From positions 50,616 to 114,615 of the forward strand of contig MCFE01000249.1 in the NCBI GenBank assembly GCA_002104905.1: DNA of 64,000 bases. The letters run 5' to 3'. How positions within the stretch are numbered: position 1 is the first letter of the stretch; each line of letters opens with the position of its first letter. The notes beneath the pieces were generated by a model. That model was given only the letters and a program-made list of their open reading frames with translations, searched no databases and had not been told where the DNA came from. Of this stretch, positions 37,614 through 50,734 are shown piece after piece. Made by a program: the position numbers and the translations under genes. Source of the DNA: Basidiobolus meristosporus CBS 931.73. Its lineage: Eukaryota > Fungi > Basidiobolomycota.

Positions 37614-38060
37614 ATGCTTATTCCCAAACAAAACCGCAAGCTTATCTATGAAAGCCTTTTCAAGGAGGGTGTCATGGTCGCCAAAAAGGACTTCAATGCC
37701 CCCAAGCATGATGAACTCGATGTCCCTAACCTCCAGGTCATCAAGGCCCTTCAATCCCTCAACTCCCGTGGATACGTGAAGACCCAGTTCTCGTGGCAGC
37801 ATTACTACTACTTCCTCACCAATGAAGGTATCGAGTACCTCCGTGAGTTCCTCCACCTTCCCGCTGAGATTGTCCCTGCCACCATGAAGAAGACCGCCCG
37901 CCCCGTCGGCATTCGTCCTCGCCCCGAAGGTGAGCGTCCATTCAGAGGCCCCCGTGGCGACCGTGAGGGTTACAGACGTAGTGAGAACAGCCAAAAGAAG
38001 GAAACCGCCACCGGTGACTTCAAGCCCGAATTCCGTGGTCGCCGTTCGGACCAACAATAA
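37614..38060 (+). CDS. RPS10: 40S ribosomal protein S10 (eS10)
   Basis: [27 protein letters not shown]...[33 protein letters not shown]. Confidence 0.98.
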   Translation: MLIPKQNRKLIYESLFKEGVMVAKKDFNAPKHDELDVPNLQVIKALQSLNSRGYVKTQFSWQHYYYFLTNEGIEYLREFLHLPAEIVPATMKKTARPVGIRPRPEGERPFRGPRGDREGYRRSENSQKKETATGDFKPEFRGRRSDQQ

Positions 38061-38204
38061 ATCCCTCAAAACTTGCCAATTTTCATTTTATAAAATTCCA
38101 ATAGTTTGAGGCGTTGAACGAGAATCTGTGCTATCTGTCTTGTGTGTATGTGAAATAAGCATTTGGGGGGGATGATGGCTGCTTTACTTTATGTATATGT
38201 GTGT

Positions 38205-40018
<1,814 letters not shown>

Positions 40019-40216
40019 TCACAGTGGCAGTGGCGGCATTATATACATCGCTCGTGAAATTTTTTCCAATAAAAATGCGGGGTTCCATCTTAGTAAGCCG
40101 TTTCAGCGCGACAGATTCAATATTTAGAACGTTTATAAATGTAACAGATTGACAGAGATTTGCTTGGACTGTATATTTTATTGGAATGTGTATTAATGGG
40201 GAGAAAAGTCCAAAAC

Positions 40217-41486
40217 TTAAGCGGAAAGATCCTTCTTGAGAGTACCCAAGAATGCCTTCTTCTCGTCGGCGGTTTGGAAACGACCGTGTCCGAACTTGGA
40301 GGAGGTATCGATGAACTTGAGGGAGACCTTCTCGAGGGCGGATCTCTTGGTGTGGACCAAGAGAGACTTACGGAGGGTCAAGACTCTCTTCTTGACACCA
40401 ATGCAACATCCCTTGATCATGATGAAGTCCTCATTGACGTTACCGTAGTGAGGGAAACCACCCATGGGAGTGATGTTCTTGGCGGTGAGATCGTACTCGG
40501 TGCTGGCGGAGGTCTTGTCGGATCCGTTGGCGATGCGGTAGATCTTCTTGTTGACCTCAGTACGGTGGTGGAAACCGTTTTGACCAGCACGAGGAACAGA
40601 GTACATAACACGGGAAGGATGCCAGGCACCAATACAGGCAACCTTACGAAGACCCTTGTGGGTCTTACGGGGAAGCTTCTTGGTTCCCCAACGGTGGGTA
40701 ACACCTTCGAAACCCTTACCCTTGGTGACACCGATGACATCGATCATCTCGTCTTGCTCGAACACGGAGGAGACGTCAACAGTCTTCTCGAAGTGCTCCT
40801 GGGCCCATTCGACCTTTTGGGAGACGGAACCACCGTTGAGTTGGATTTCGGCAATGTGAGCCTTCTTTTGACCGATCTTGACCTTACGGACTTGGGTGTG
40901 GGCGAGGACACGGACAACGGTGCAGTACTTCTTGATACGTTCCAATTCACGAAGGATGGGCTTGGCACCATCGGCGTGCTTCTTGGCATACTTGGTGAAA
41001 GCCTTCTTCTTGGAGCGGTACCAGTTCTTGTAGAATCTACGCTTGACTTCGTCGGAAAGATGCTCGGCCCAGACGGTGGTCAAGGAGCGAAGACCACGGG
41101 GGGTCTCGACGTAACCGACAACACCGACAACAACCATGGCAGGAGCCTCGATGATGGTGACAGGCTCAACGATTTCCTTCTTGTGGTTCTTGGATCCAGG
41201 ACGATCCAAGTCACGGACAATGTGAGTCATACCGGCCTTGTAGCCCAAGAAGGCGGTCATGTGAACAGGCTTGGAGGGATCATCCTTGGGGAAGGACTTG
41301 ACTCTTCCTCTATGTCTTCTGGCGCGCTTGCGGGGAAGGAATCCTAACGAACCGTGGCGGGGAGCCTCGTACTTACGGTGAGACTAAGTTATTGAAGAAC
41401 GATAGTTAGCATATACTCCTCCACATGAAAGAACACCCATCCGTCGATGGATGTGCCCATCAGCAATCGATACTAGAACTTACCAT
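40217..41486 (-). CDS. RPL3: 60S ribosomal protein L3 (uL3); ATG-only first coding exon, intron 41384-41483
   Basis: [20 protein letters not shown]...[12 protein letters not shown]...[11 protein letters not shown]...[14 protein letters not shown]. Confidence 0.99.
41433..41454 (-). other. 9-bp stem-loop inside the RPL3 intron
   Basis: Minus strand ACATCCATC-GACG-GATGGGTGT: 8 Watson-Crick pairs plus 1 G.U, with a 4-nt loop. Confidence 0.5.
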
Positions 41487-41861
41487 GGTAGTCTAAGATG
41501 TGGAAGAGAGAGGATGCTCAATGGCCGGAGATTAGGAATTTATTGGCCATGAGGCAATGGGGATAATCCATCTGAAAAAAATCTTTTACGACCACCATGG
41601 GTTCGATTGTTTTGTTGGCTTAAATGTTGCTTAACTAGACTCGATGTTGCCCAGAATAATCTTGGAAAACGCTTGGTTGGTGAGTTGGTGGGTTCGTGGG
41701 TTGCAGTTTGCAGTTTGCTTTCTTCAATGCATGGTGTTTATTAACTTAACATTTCTGAGAACATCAAAGGTAACTTAAAATTATAGCGGTTGCAAGGCAT
41801 GAAATTAATATGACAGGAGAGTGTGCGGAGTGACCGGAGAGTCAAGAATGATTGGGTGTAT

Positions 41862-42328
41862 TTAGGCACGAGCGTTGACGTGAATCTTGGGCTTGACGTT
41901 GGTGACGGTCTCCAAAAGCTTAGCCAAGACCTTTTCCTTGTTTTCCTTGAAGGCGGCTTCAACATGCTTCATGCTCTCTTGAGTCTCTTGGAGAACCTTT
42001 TGGGCACCTTGATCGGAGGAACCAAGATGCTCTTGCTCCATAGCCTTGAATTCTTGAGCCTTCTCAGCCTTGATGACCTCAATCTCCTTGGCGGCTTCGG
42101 AACGAGCCTCCTTCAAGCGTTGCACACGGTCTGCAGGACGTTTGTTAGGTCGGATGCTCAAAAAGGGGACATCGAGGAGGGAAAACTTACATTGCTTAGC
42201 TTGTTGAACAATTCTGGAGGCCTCCTTTTCAGCCTCAAGGAGAGTTTGGATACCTTGTGAGTTGGAAGCAGACTACAGAAAAGTTAGCCAGTTTTCCGGA
42301 TACACCTGAGAAGCTTGCAACCTACCAT
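41862..42328 (-). CDS. VMA10: V-ATPase V1 subunit G; 3 exons
   Basis: M|SASNSQGIQTLLEAEKEASRIVQQAKQY...RVQRLKEARSEAAKEI...VTNVKPKIHVNARA*. Confidence 0.96.
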
Positions 42329-43269
42329 TTCGAGAAGACTAGGGGTGGAAGTGGAATATAGAGTAAGAAGTCAAGCAGGAGCTTAGGAAGGTGGTGGTAC
42401 TTGTATTTAGGCTAAGGGAATGCCGAGCTAGAATCTTGAGCAACCAGGAATCAAGACCCATATGTAATTGGCCGTATCAATAAATAGGGAAAGAATTTAA
42501 CTACAGTATCCTTATGTGAGTAGTGGGGCGAAATATCTGCGAATCACATAATTGAATTTCATCCACCTTGACAAACTTTAATATTCAACTTGATTCATAT
42601 AGATTATAGATGTATATATTCTTATTATTTATCGTAAACTCCCCTCTGGATACTTGACATGCCCAAATACAGAATGGAATTTCTCCAAATACCTACTGTG
42701 ACCAATCGACTATGTAGTCACATGACCTTTGGTCAGGTGATATAGCCCACTAGGTAGATATCGGAGAGAGTCAATATAGTTTAATTGGAATAACTCGATT
42801 TGTAATTTAGCCACATCCTCAACATTCTAAAAATTCCCTAGAAATCTACATTGTTTGAATGCTCTGTGGTATGCAAATGATGATCTTGGGAACAATATAA
42901 TTAAGGACTTCTGTAGACCCAAGCCAATCACGCAGTTTAGTGTCACCATGAGGGCCGGATTGAGATGAATTTAAGCTTCTTTGTGTTTCTTGAAATTCGT
43001 TGGCAATCCATTTCCCAAGGAGCGCGAGTGAGTGAAGGTGGCTGGGATGTCACATTCTCGTGGGTCCATCACTTTTGGTTGTGGCAATGATTTATACACC
43101 ATACCTTAGCATGACTGATCATGTTCGTGCATAAAGTTAGCCGAAGTTAACCATTTTGCATTGCAGTGCGATTTTGCATAGCAATGCGTTGTTTTATTTC
43201 GGCCCATTTTAATTTCCATCAAGTTGCCTCATCGACCTCATTGTAACTCATAATCACTATTAAGAAACA

Positions 43270-44113
43270 ATGGCTTTAAAGAGAATTCAGAAGGTGAGCC
43301 TGCGGTCCAGATTAGAAGACATCACATACCGATTGTCCCTCCCTTAGTCGCTCTATTGATCGGAGCAGACCAAGTTGGATGATCACTATATGCCACTCTA
43401 ACGTTAACGAAATTATGGTTCTAGGAACTTATAGAACTAAACCAGCTTCCACTCAACAACGTTAGCGCCTCTCCAGTAGAAGATGATAACTTGTTATTGT
43501 GGCAGGGTAATTTGATAAAAGAGTCGAATCTATTAGGGTACTTTACTAAGATACTTCTCCCATCCTGATAGGAACTATTACCGGCTCAGTACGTTTTTAC
43601 TACAGACCTGTCGTCTTTAGGTGCTAATTGGCTGATACACTCTTTACTCCCTAGCCCCTAACCCCATACAAAGGAGGTCACTTCAAATTTGAGATTCTCT
43701 TCCCCATAGATTACCCCTTCAAAGCACCCAAGGTAAGCAAAGCATCGACCATTGCATATTGGTGTGTACATCGATACTGACCATCGGTTGTAGGTGAAGT
43801 TCCTTACCAAAATATATCATCCGAACATTGACTCCGATGAAGGCTCTATTTGTATGCCTCTGTTGAAAACCGAGGTTTGGAAACCGTCCATTAAAATTCA
43901 CGCAGGTAACCTAGCCACCCATTTATTTCGCTTTCACAGTGCTTTCACTAACTGCTCACTGTTTAACCCCAAGTTCTTAACGCATTGGCTGACCTTTTGG
44001 ACAACCCTAACCCTGATGATGCAATCGTTGGTTCTATCGCTGAGGTTTATAATACTGACCAACCAAGGTTCATCAAAACGGCCAAGGAATGGACCAAAAA
44101 ATATGCCTCCTAA
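43270..44113 (+). CDS. Ubiquitin-conjugating enzyme E2 (UBC4/UBE2D-UBE2L-like); includes a 17-nt microexon at 43572-43588
   Basis: [37 protein letters not shown] (active-site Cys), WKPS, AKEWTKKYAS*. Confidence 0.9.
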
Positions 44114-44214
44114 CTTGCACCCCCTCCCACAATGACAACAGTAAATTTCCTGTGGCACTTGTATTATCAGATATCATATTATTGTGTTGTCAGATCACGC
44201 TGTTCAAACGAGAT

Positions 44215-45127
44215 TTAATAAAATACTACATCTTCTGGACGGACCGGGTGCTTGAGCGGGATGACGCTTTCTTTTTTGACATCTCGTGCGAGCGCTTTTC
44301 GCATATCTAGGGTTGAGGAGTTGGTTAGTGAAAACGATCCCGCCATCTGGGTAGGGCTTGGGCTTGGGCTTACCAAACGCATCCTCTGAGTCGACTCCCG
44401 AGTAATATCCTAGCACCCGTCGATACACCGTGTAGCCAAGCTTTTCGTACATCCCGATCGCCACCTTATTCGATGCTCGTACGAAGAGGTCGACAAAATA
44501 TCCGTTGTAGCTGAGATGGTGTAAGTATTGGCTGGCGATGGATAAGGGTATTGAGAAGCGTTACGTTTTCTCGGACACCTCCTCTAGAATGTCCATCAAT
44601 CCATTGGCTAAACCTAGGCGGCGATATTCTGGAGCAACTGTCAGGGCAGTGACGTGCCCGTGCCATTCTTTATTACGCCCTTCGGTTTTACCCATGACTG
44701 AAGGCGGGGGAAGGCTCGTTAGAAACTCTACCACATCGTTAGCACATTGTAGACTGGTGACTCAACTGTATCCCATGAGGGTTTTGTTTGGCGATTCGGT
44801 AACGTAGAAGATATCGGGCCAACGGGCTAAATAGCTCAGGTAGAAAGAGATGTTATACTAAGAAAAGTTGCGTTAGCAATCCTTTCGGTTCGTTGGTTTA
44901 ATCAGAGAGAGGGGGGGGGTGAATGGCTAGATCGGCCGTTTTTTCTTCAAACTGTGGCTAGAGAATAAAGGCTCACCGTCTCTGTCAAAACATCCAAGTT
45001 GCTGGTGGAATAGAGGGGTTTAATCGCAAGAACGATAAAGTCGTATCCAACCAACATGAACATACGGGACTTACATATTGTTAAATTTGAAAAGATCTCC
45101 GGTGGTGAAGCGACGAATGCTGGTCAT
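44215..45127 (-). CDS. NAT3: NatB N-terminal acetyltransferase catalytic subunit (NAA20); multi-exon
   Basis: MTSIRRFTTGDL, YLARWP, WHGHVTALTVAPEYRRLGLA, FVDLFVRASNKVAIGMYEKLGY, EDAFDMRKAL. Confidence 0.95.
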
Positions 45128-45341
45128 TGTGGTGAGAGACTTACTGCTGGTAAGAAGAAAAGCCAACAATCAACAAACAGCGATATAGAGTCGACCGAGG
45201 TTCAACAAATTTTATCAGATATCTAGATCTTTGGTTGATTTTCCACACGATGAATCAGTTGGTTCAAGTACGATTTATTGGAATAATGCAGGTTTGGTTT
45301 GTACTGGTATGAATGTGGCTTATGGTTTGTATTAATGCAGC

Positions 45342-46730
45342 TTAAGCCTTGAAGTAGTTGGCGGGAACAAATGGCATCTTGACAACTTGTGCCTTTTGGA
45401 TTCTGTTTCTAACCTTGACGGACAACTCGGTGCCGGCCTTGTGGTAGCCGTTCTTGACGTAGGCCATGGCGATGTTCTTCTTCAAGGATGGGGATGGGAC
45501 TCCGCTGGTAACCTCACCGATCTTCTCACCCTCGGCATTCAAGATCTCGCTGTGATCTCTGGCGGGGGCGCCTTGGACAACAAGACCAACTCTTCTTTGG
45601 GACACACCGCCCTTGATTTGTGGAAGGATGTGCTCAGCTCCCAAGAAACCGCCCTCTTCACGTCTGCGCTTGCCAATGGTCCAGGTAAGACCAGCCTCAA
45701 CAGGGGTGATGTCCTCATTCAAATCGTTACCATAGAGGCAAAGACCAGCCTCCAAACGAAGGGAGTCACGGGCACCCAGACCGGCCAACTCAACGTCGGG
45801 GTCCTGAAGCAAGAGTTCGGTAATGGCGGTGATTTCGGGAGTGGGGATGGAGAGTTCGAAACCATCCTCACCGGTGTATCCGGAGCGGGCTACGTGGCAT
45901 TCAATTCCCTTGATGCTGAGGAACTGTCCTGTCATGAAGTTTAAGGTTCTCAAATCCTTGTCGGTAAGCTTTTGCAAAGCCTCGGCAGCCTTGGGGCCTT
46001 GGATGGCAATCAAGGAATGGTCATCAATGATGCTGAGCTCGGCATCACCACCCTTTTGTTGGAATTCTTGAAGGTGCTTGCGGATGTGTGCCAAGTCCTT
46101 ATCAGCGCAACCAGCGTTGGAAACAATGTAAAGAGAATCCTTGTGTTGGGAAATGATGGTATCATCGATGATTCCTCCCTTCTCGTTGGTGAAAACGGAA
46201 AGGGTGCCGCTTCCCAATGGGAGGTTCTTGATGTCGCCGACGCAAAGCTTCTCGATGAAGTCATGTCTGTCTTTACCAGTCAATCTAGATCGGCCCAACG
46301 GTTAATGCTCTGTGTGTGTGCGTGGGAGGGGAGTATCATTTGCGCAACAAACCTGGTTTGTAACATATGGGAGACGTCGAAAATAGAGGCCTTCTCGCGA
46401 GTGTGGAGGTGGGACTGCAAGACACCGAGGGAAGCATACTTGACTGGCATAGAGTAACCGGCATAAGGGACCATTTGGGCACCATTTTGGAGATGCAAGT
46501 CGAACAAAGCGGTCTTCTTGAGCTCTGAAGCGGAACCTTGTTAGTTGTGATTCCATCTGTAATGCCAGACAAACAGCTTACCTTGGCTAGCGGCGGTCTC
46601 GGCTAAAATCAAGGGAAACTAGATTAGTCAACGAGCCCCTAATCATATAGTCGAAATATTTACCAGCGCTGGAGGCATAGCCACGGATGGCTGCTTGTTT
46701 GAAGGCACGTTGGGCAAAGTTCTTGAACAT
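45342..46730 (-). CDS. GCV1: Glycine cleavage system T protein (aminomethyltransferase), mitochondrial; multi-exon
   Basis: Presequence, GAQMVPYAGYSMPVKY, SIFDVSHM, VARSGYTGEDGFE, GLGARDSLRLEAGLCLYG, GVPSPSLKKNIAMAYV. Confidence 0.97.
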
Positions 46731-47284
46731 CGTCACTAGTTACAGAAGCGGATGAAGCTGTGAGAGACAAGGAGGGGTGGAGGGGTGCTATTTGAATGGT
46801 AGCCAGACTTTTGACATGCACCGAGATGATCCGATAACAACTCTTACTATTAGAGGAGTTGGTGTTTTAAAGATGAGTGGCTGACCTTAGATTATCTCTG
46901 TTCGACTACGTTTATTATCAAACCAACACCAATGATCATGGTGTGACCGATCCCACATATACATTTGCCATATAATAATTGCCCATATAATCGCCCATAC
47001 AATCGCCATGCGATTCCCATCAAAATGTTTCTTCACCTAACCGATTATCAGTGTAGCTGCATAGATGCTCGATGTATGATCTGAGTCCCACTCGAATGAG
47101 ATGTCCAATAATAATCCTCACGTATAGAGTAGATGGAACGTGACTGCAAGGTGTTTAGTCCTCTGGCTAAATGTATGCAACACTAGCTGGCAATCAGCAC
47201 CCATTGAATTTCCTTAGTGCTCGATGCTAGAATAATTCATCTCTTACTTTTCCATCAACTACATACAAATAAGCTCACTTGCCT

Positions 47285-47953
47285 ATGGATCCCGTAACCC
47301 GTCGTCTGTTGAAAGAGTTGAATGAATTTCGTCGTCAGCCAATACCTGAGTTGAGGAGTTTAGAGCCTTTGACGGATGACGACCTGATGACTTGGAAAGC
47401 CACGCTAATTGGACAAAAGGAAACACTTTATGAAGGTTTATTTCGGTTCACCTGCGCTCTGGCCACTCAGCAGCTAACACCTTTCGCTAACAGGAGGGGA
47501 ATTCGACCTGTTGATTAACATTCCCCCCAACTACCCAATCTACCCACCCAACATCAAATTTCTCACAAGGGTCTGCCACCCAAATGTTCACTTCAAAGTA
47601 AGGCAATCTGACTCTAGTTTCTCGTCCCCCGACTTGACGCTAACCTTGAGGCTTTCACCCTGATAGACAGGCGAGATCTGCCTAGACATCCTCAAAACAG
47701 CCTGGAGTCCAGCCTGGACATTGCAGTCTACTTGCTTGGCTATTAGCGTGTTGCTCTCAAACCCCGAGCCTAGCAGCCCACTCAATTGTGATGCAGGTAA
47801 AGTACCGGTCACCTACTGACACCGATAAGTATTTTACTAAGTTGCCGTCGATACACCTCTACACTAGCGAATCTGCTGAGATGCGAGGATCAACTCGGTT
47901 ACAATTCTCTGGTCAGGATGTACACCCAGCTGTATGCCATGAACGACAAATAG
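47285..47953 (+). CDS. PEX4: Peroxisomal E2 ubiquitin-conjugating enzyme Pex4-like; multi-exon
   Basis: [31 protein letters not shown]...PEPSSPLNCDAANLLR...GYNSLVRMYT, very close to plant PEX4/UBC21 as I recall it. Confidence 0.82.
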
Positions 47954-48207
47954 ACCTCTCGATAACACTTAGTGCATCTCAACCACCCAGGATATAAGCA
48001 AGCAGCAAACAACCTCAAGGAGAGACTGATTTATTAAGCATCAGAATTATAGTACATCGAAAGCTAGCTAAAAATAAGGAAGAATATTCTATATTGATTA
48101 AACCAACATTATATATACGGTGTGGTTCGGATTGACTACTAGAGTATATATGTATATATATATACGCGGACGTGTGCGCGGATTACTTGAATGTATGCTC
48201 ATGCTAA

Positions 48208-49311
48208 TCATGCGCTTGTGATCGTGTTCGATCCATATGGGGGTGGGTTGGCGGTAGCGTTAGAGTCGTTGATATCAATGCACGAGCAAGAGCTAGATTT
48301 GGAGCACGATCTAGGCTCGTATTGGGGAAGGGCCTCGAAGAAATTGTCGGTAATTTCGGTGGTAACGTTGACGGGGAATCTCAGCCGAATGGATTTCATG
48401 CTGCCCCCTTGGGTGAAATTGATCATGACCTCTATTTTGTGCTTGATGTTGACGAACTCGTTTTTGCAGTCGTGGTGGATTTTGGGGTAGGTTGGTATCT
48501 TCAGCACCACCATCTTCTCGTTGGCCCTTCCAGAGTTGTCACCATGGGGTGTGAGGTCAACGGAGTGCTCTTCCATATTGGGTGAGCCGTGCTTCAATAT
48601 GGGGGAGTCGACAAATTCGTATATCTTGTAGCCCACATGCTTGATGTTTATGTCGGTCACCAGGGGTCGGAAGTTAAGAACGAGGGGCAGCTCCTCGCCC
48701 ATCCCCACCACCTTGTGTGCCGCATACAGATCATACTCTAGGATGTCACTCCATGCGTCAGATACGTTGATTGGTGGCAACGGTTCGTTTAAGTTGGTCA
48801 GGGGGAACCGTTTCACCAGCACTTCCTTTTCTGTGGTATGATTGGGGTGCAAGGACGTGGTCTCCGCGGTAGCGATTAGTTTGTACTTGACACTGATGTT
48901 GTTACAGTGCACGGTCTCGGGCCAAAAGCCATCGATTGGGAAGGCGAACTTGTAGTGGTGGCATTTGGCTGGTAGTGTGTACGCGTCTTTTGTCTCGAAG
49001 AACACAGTTTCGTCGTGGGCAAATTTGTGCTTGTCGTGAAGCTTAAGGCTGCCGTTTTTCAATGCTGAGAAAGTGAAGCTCAATCAGTACACTGGAAAGG
49101 AAGTGTGGAGTCTGTTTGGGGACTTACCAGCTGAGCCAGTGATAAGGCCGTACACCTCCAGTCGGATTGAAAGTGACTTCAACTTGACTGACCCTTTTGG
49201 ATGCAGCTTGACAGCTCCAGATAATGTAGTGCCAACGCATTCCTCGGGGCTTCCTCTTAGTAATATGCACTCTTGGTCTGTTTGAATTCCTAGTGATAGC
49301 TCATGCATCAT
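48208..49311 (-). CDS. Alpha-arrestin (ART family) ubiquitin-ligase adaptor; 2 exons
   Basis: LLRGSPEECVGTTLSGAV start, YKFAFPIDGFWPETV, VKYKLIA, IKHKIEVMINF, and C-terminal PY motifs LPQY and PPPY. Confidence 0.82.
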
Positions 49312-49321
49312 ATCTATGCGT

Positions 49322-49348
49322 GTATGTGTGTGTGTGTGTGTGTGTGTG
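49322..49348. repeat. (TG)n microsatellite in the arrestin 5' region
   Basis: tgtatgtgtgtgtgtgtgtgtgtgtg run. Confidence 0.9.
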
Positions 49349-50734
49349 ACAGCTAGAACAGGGTTGTGATATTGGGACTTGGAAAAGAGAACTAACAACC
49401 AACTTGGAGAACCCTCGCTGATTTATATGGAGATTTCCAGGTGAATGCTCACTGGTCGGATGATACCAACCCTTCTAAGTTTCTAAATGGAGCTCTCGGG
49501 ATTTTACATATCCTTCGATTGTTCTCTTGATACCCGAAATCACCCTTAATCCAATAGATTAGGTAAAACATCCCTTCCTTTCCAACGATCTAAGCTTCGA
49601 TAAAAGCTTATTTTTACCTGAATATAAATAAATCATCAAACTAAACAAAACCTCAGGCCGGGTGAACCTTTAGCACCTCTACAGTTCTGCCTGACCTGTT
49701 TAGCCTAAACCTCATGCTCGTGACCAATATTGGTCAAAGTTGACTAACCTTAGTCAACCGCAATCACTATCAAAGGTAAGAAGGGTAATCTACTAATCGT
49801 CGGATTGCTCAATACTGTCTGCTGTTCTAACCCTTTCATCCAACCGTTTAAGTAACCTCCGCTCATTTGACTATCCGGGATGGGAATTGTAATTCCAGAT
49901 ATTATTCCGGAACGTGTGTTGGATGGTAAAGCCTTTGAAATCATGACGTTCATCTACTTCGCTCAGGTTGTACTGACCCCATCTATGAGAGCTTGCACGT
50001 GCTATTCCGGAAAATGAATCTACCGGTAACGCAATGCGGGTAGTATAGACCATCATTTTCGGCTTTCCGCACGCGCTGGCCGACGGAGCTCCAATCGTGG
50101 GAGATTTGTCGGCAAACGCCTTGTTGATCTACAGATCTAACGGTGCACAAAACGGTACAAAACGGTACCTGGATGCTGATTGTCACTCCCCCTCTTATAT
50201 CCACTTGACATATATACAGCAAGTGCGATCTACCTTCACACATCGTTCTTGTGATTTTCACGAGGAATGTAACTATTGTGTAATGTAAAATCATCCACCC
50301 CCCAACAATCCCATACTCTCGTCACTTCCCGAATATCACGTTGACATCCGCCCAACGGCAAGTCATGCTGACCTTTTTGGTTCGTAAGCTATGGACGGTG
50401 GATATGGGCTCCTTATCTTATCAGCTTCGCTTGCGGAATTCCATGCAGTGATGGCTTTTGCTATATCTCAAAGCCCAGTGTATATATGTATGTATCCATT
50501 GCTGACTGATTATCTTAATTTCAAAAATATCCGGGATTTTCAAAATCCCCTGTTTATTGAATAACATATGGATTGTATACATTTCCTGATCAGGTTGTGG
50601 TGGTTACGAAATTGTCGGACTATTGTTGGATTAGAAGAACGAACTCTGGGAACATCCAAAAAGAGTTAATAGGGAGATTTGGGCGGACTGAACTGTTGGT
50701 CAAGTGTGGTTAATCATAAAACCATGGAGGTGAC

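Noticed and set aside
40160-41347. 395-aa ORF antisense to RPL3 (similar ORFs lie antisense to RPL15 29718-30257, RPS10 37599-38069, GCV1 45387-45944 and FAA1 51053-51703)
   Set aside because: These are shadow ORFs from strong codon bias in highly expressed genes (few TTA/CTA/TCA codons means few antisense stops). They show no independent protein features.
49750-50300. Short ORFs between the arrestin and FAA1 genes
   Set aside because: No recognisable motif and no consistent exon chain could be built.
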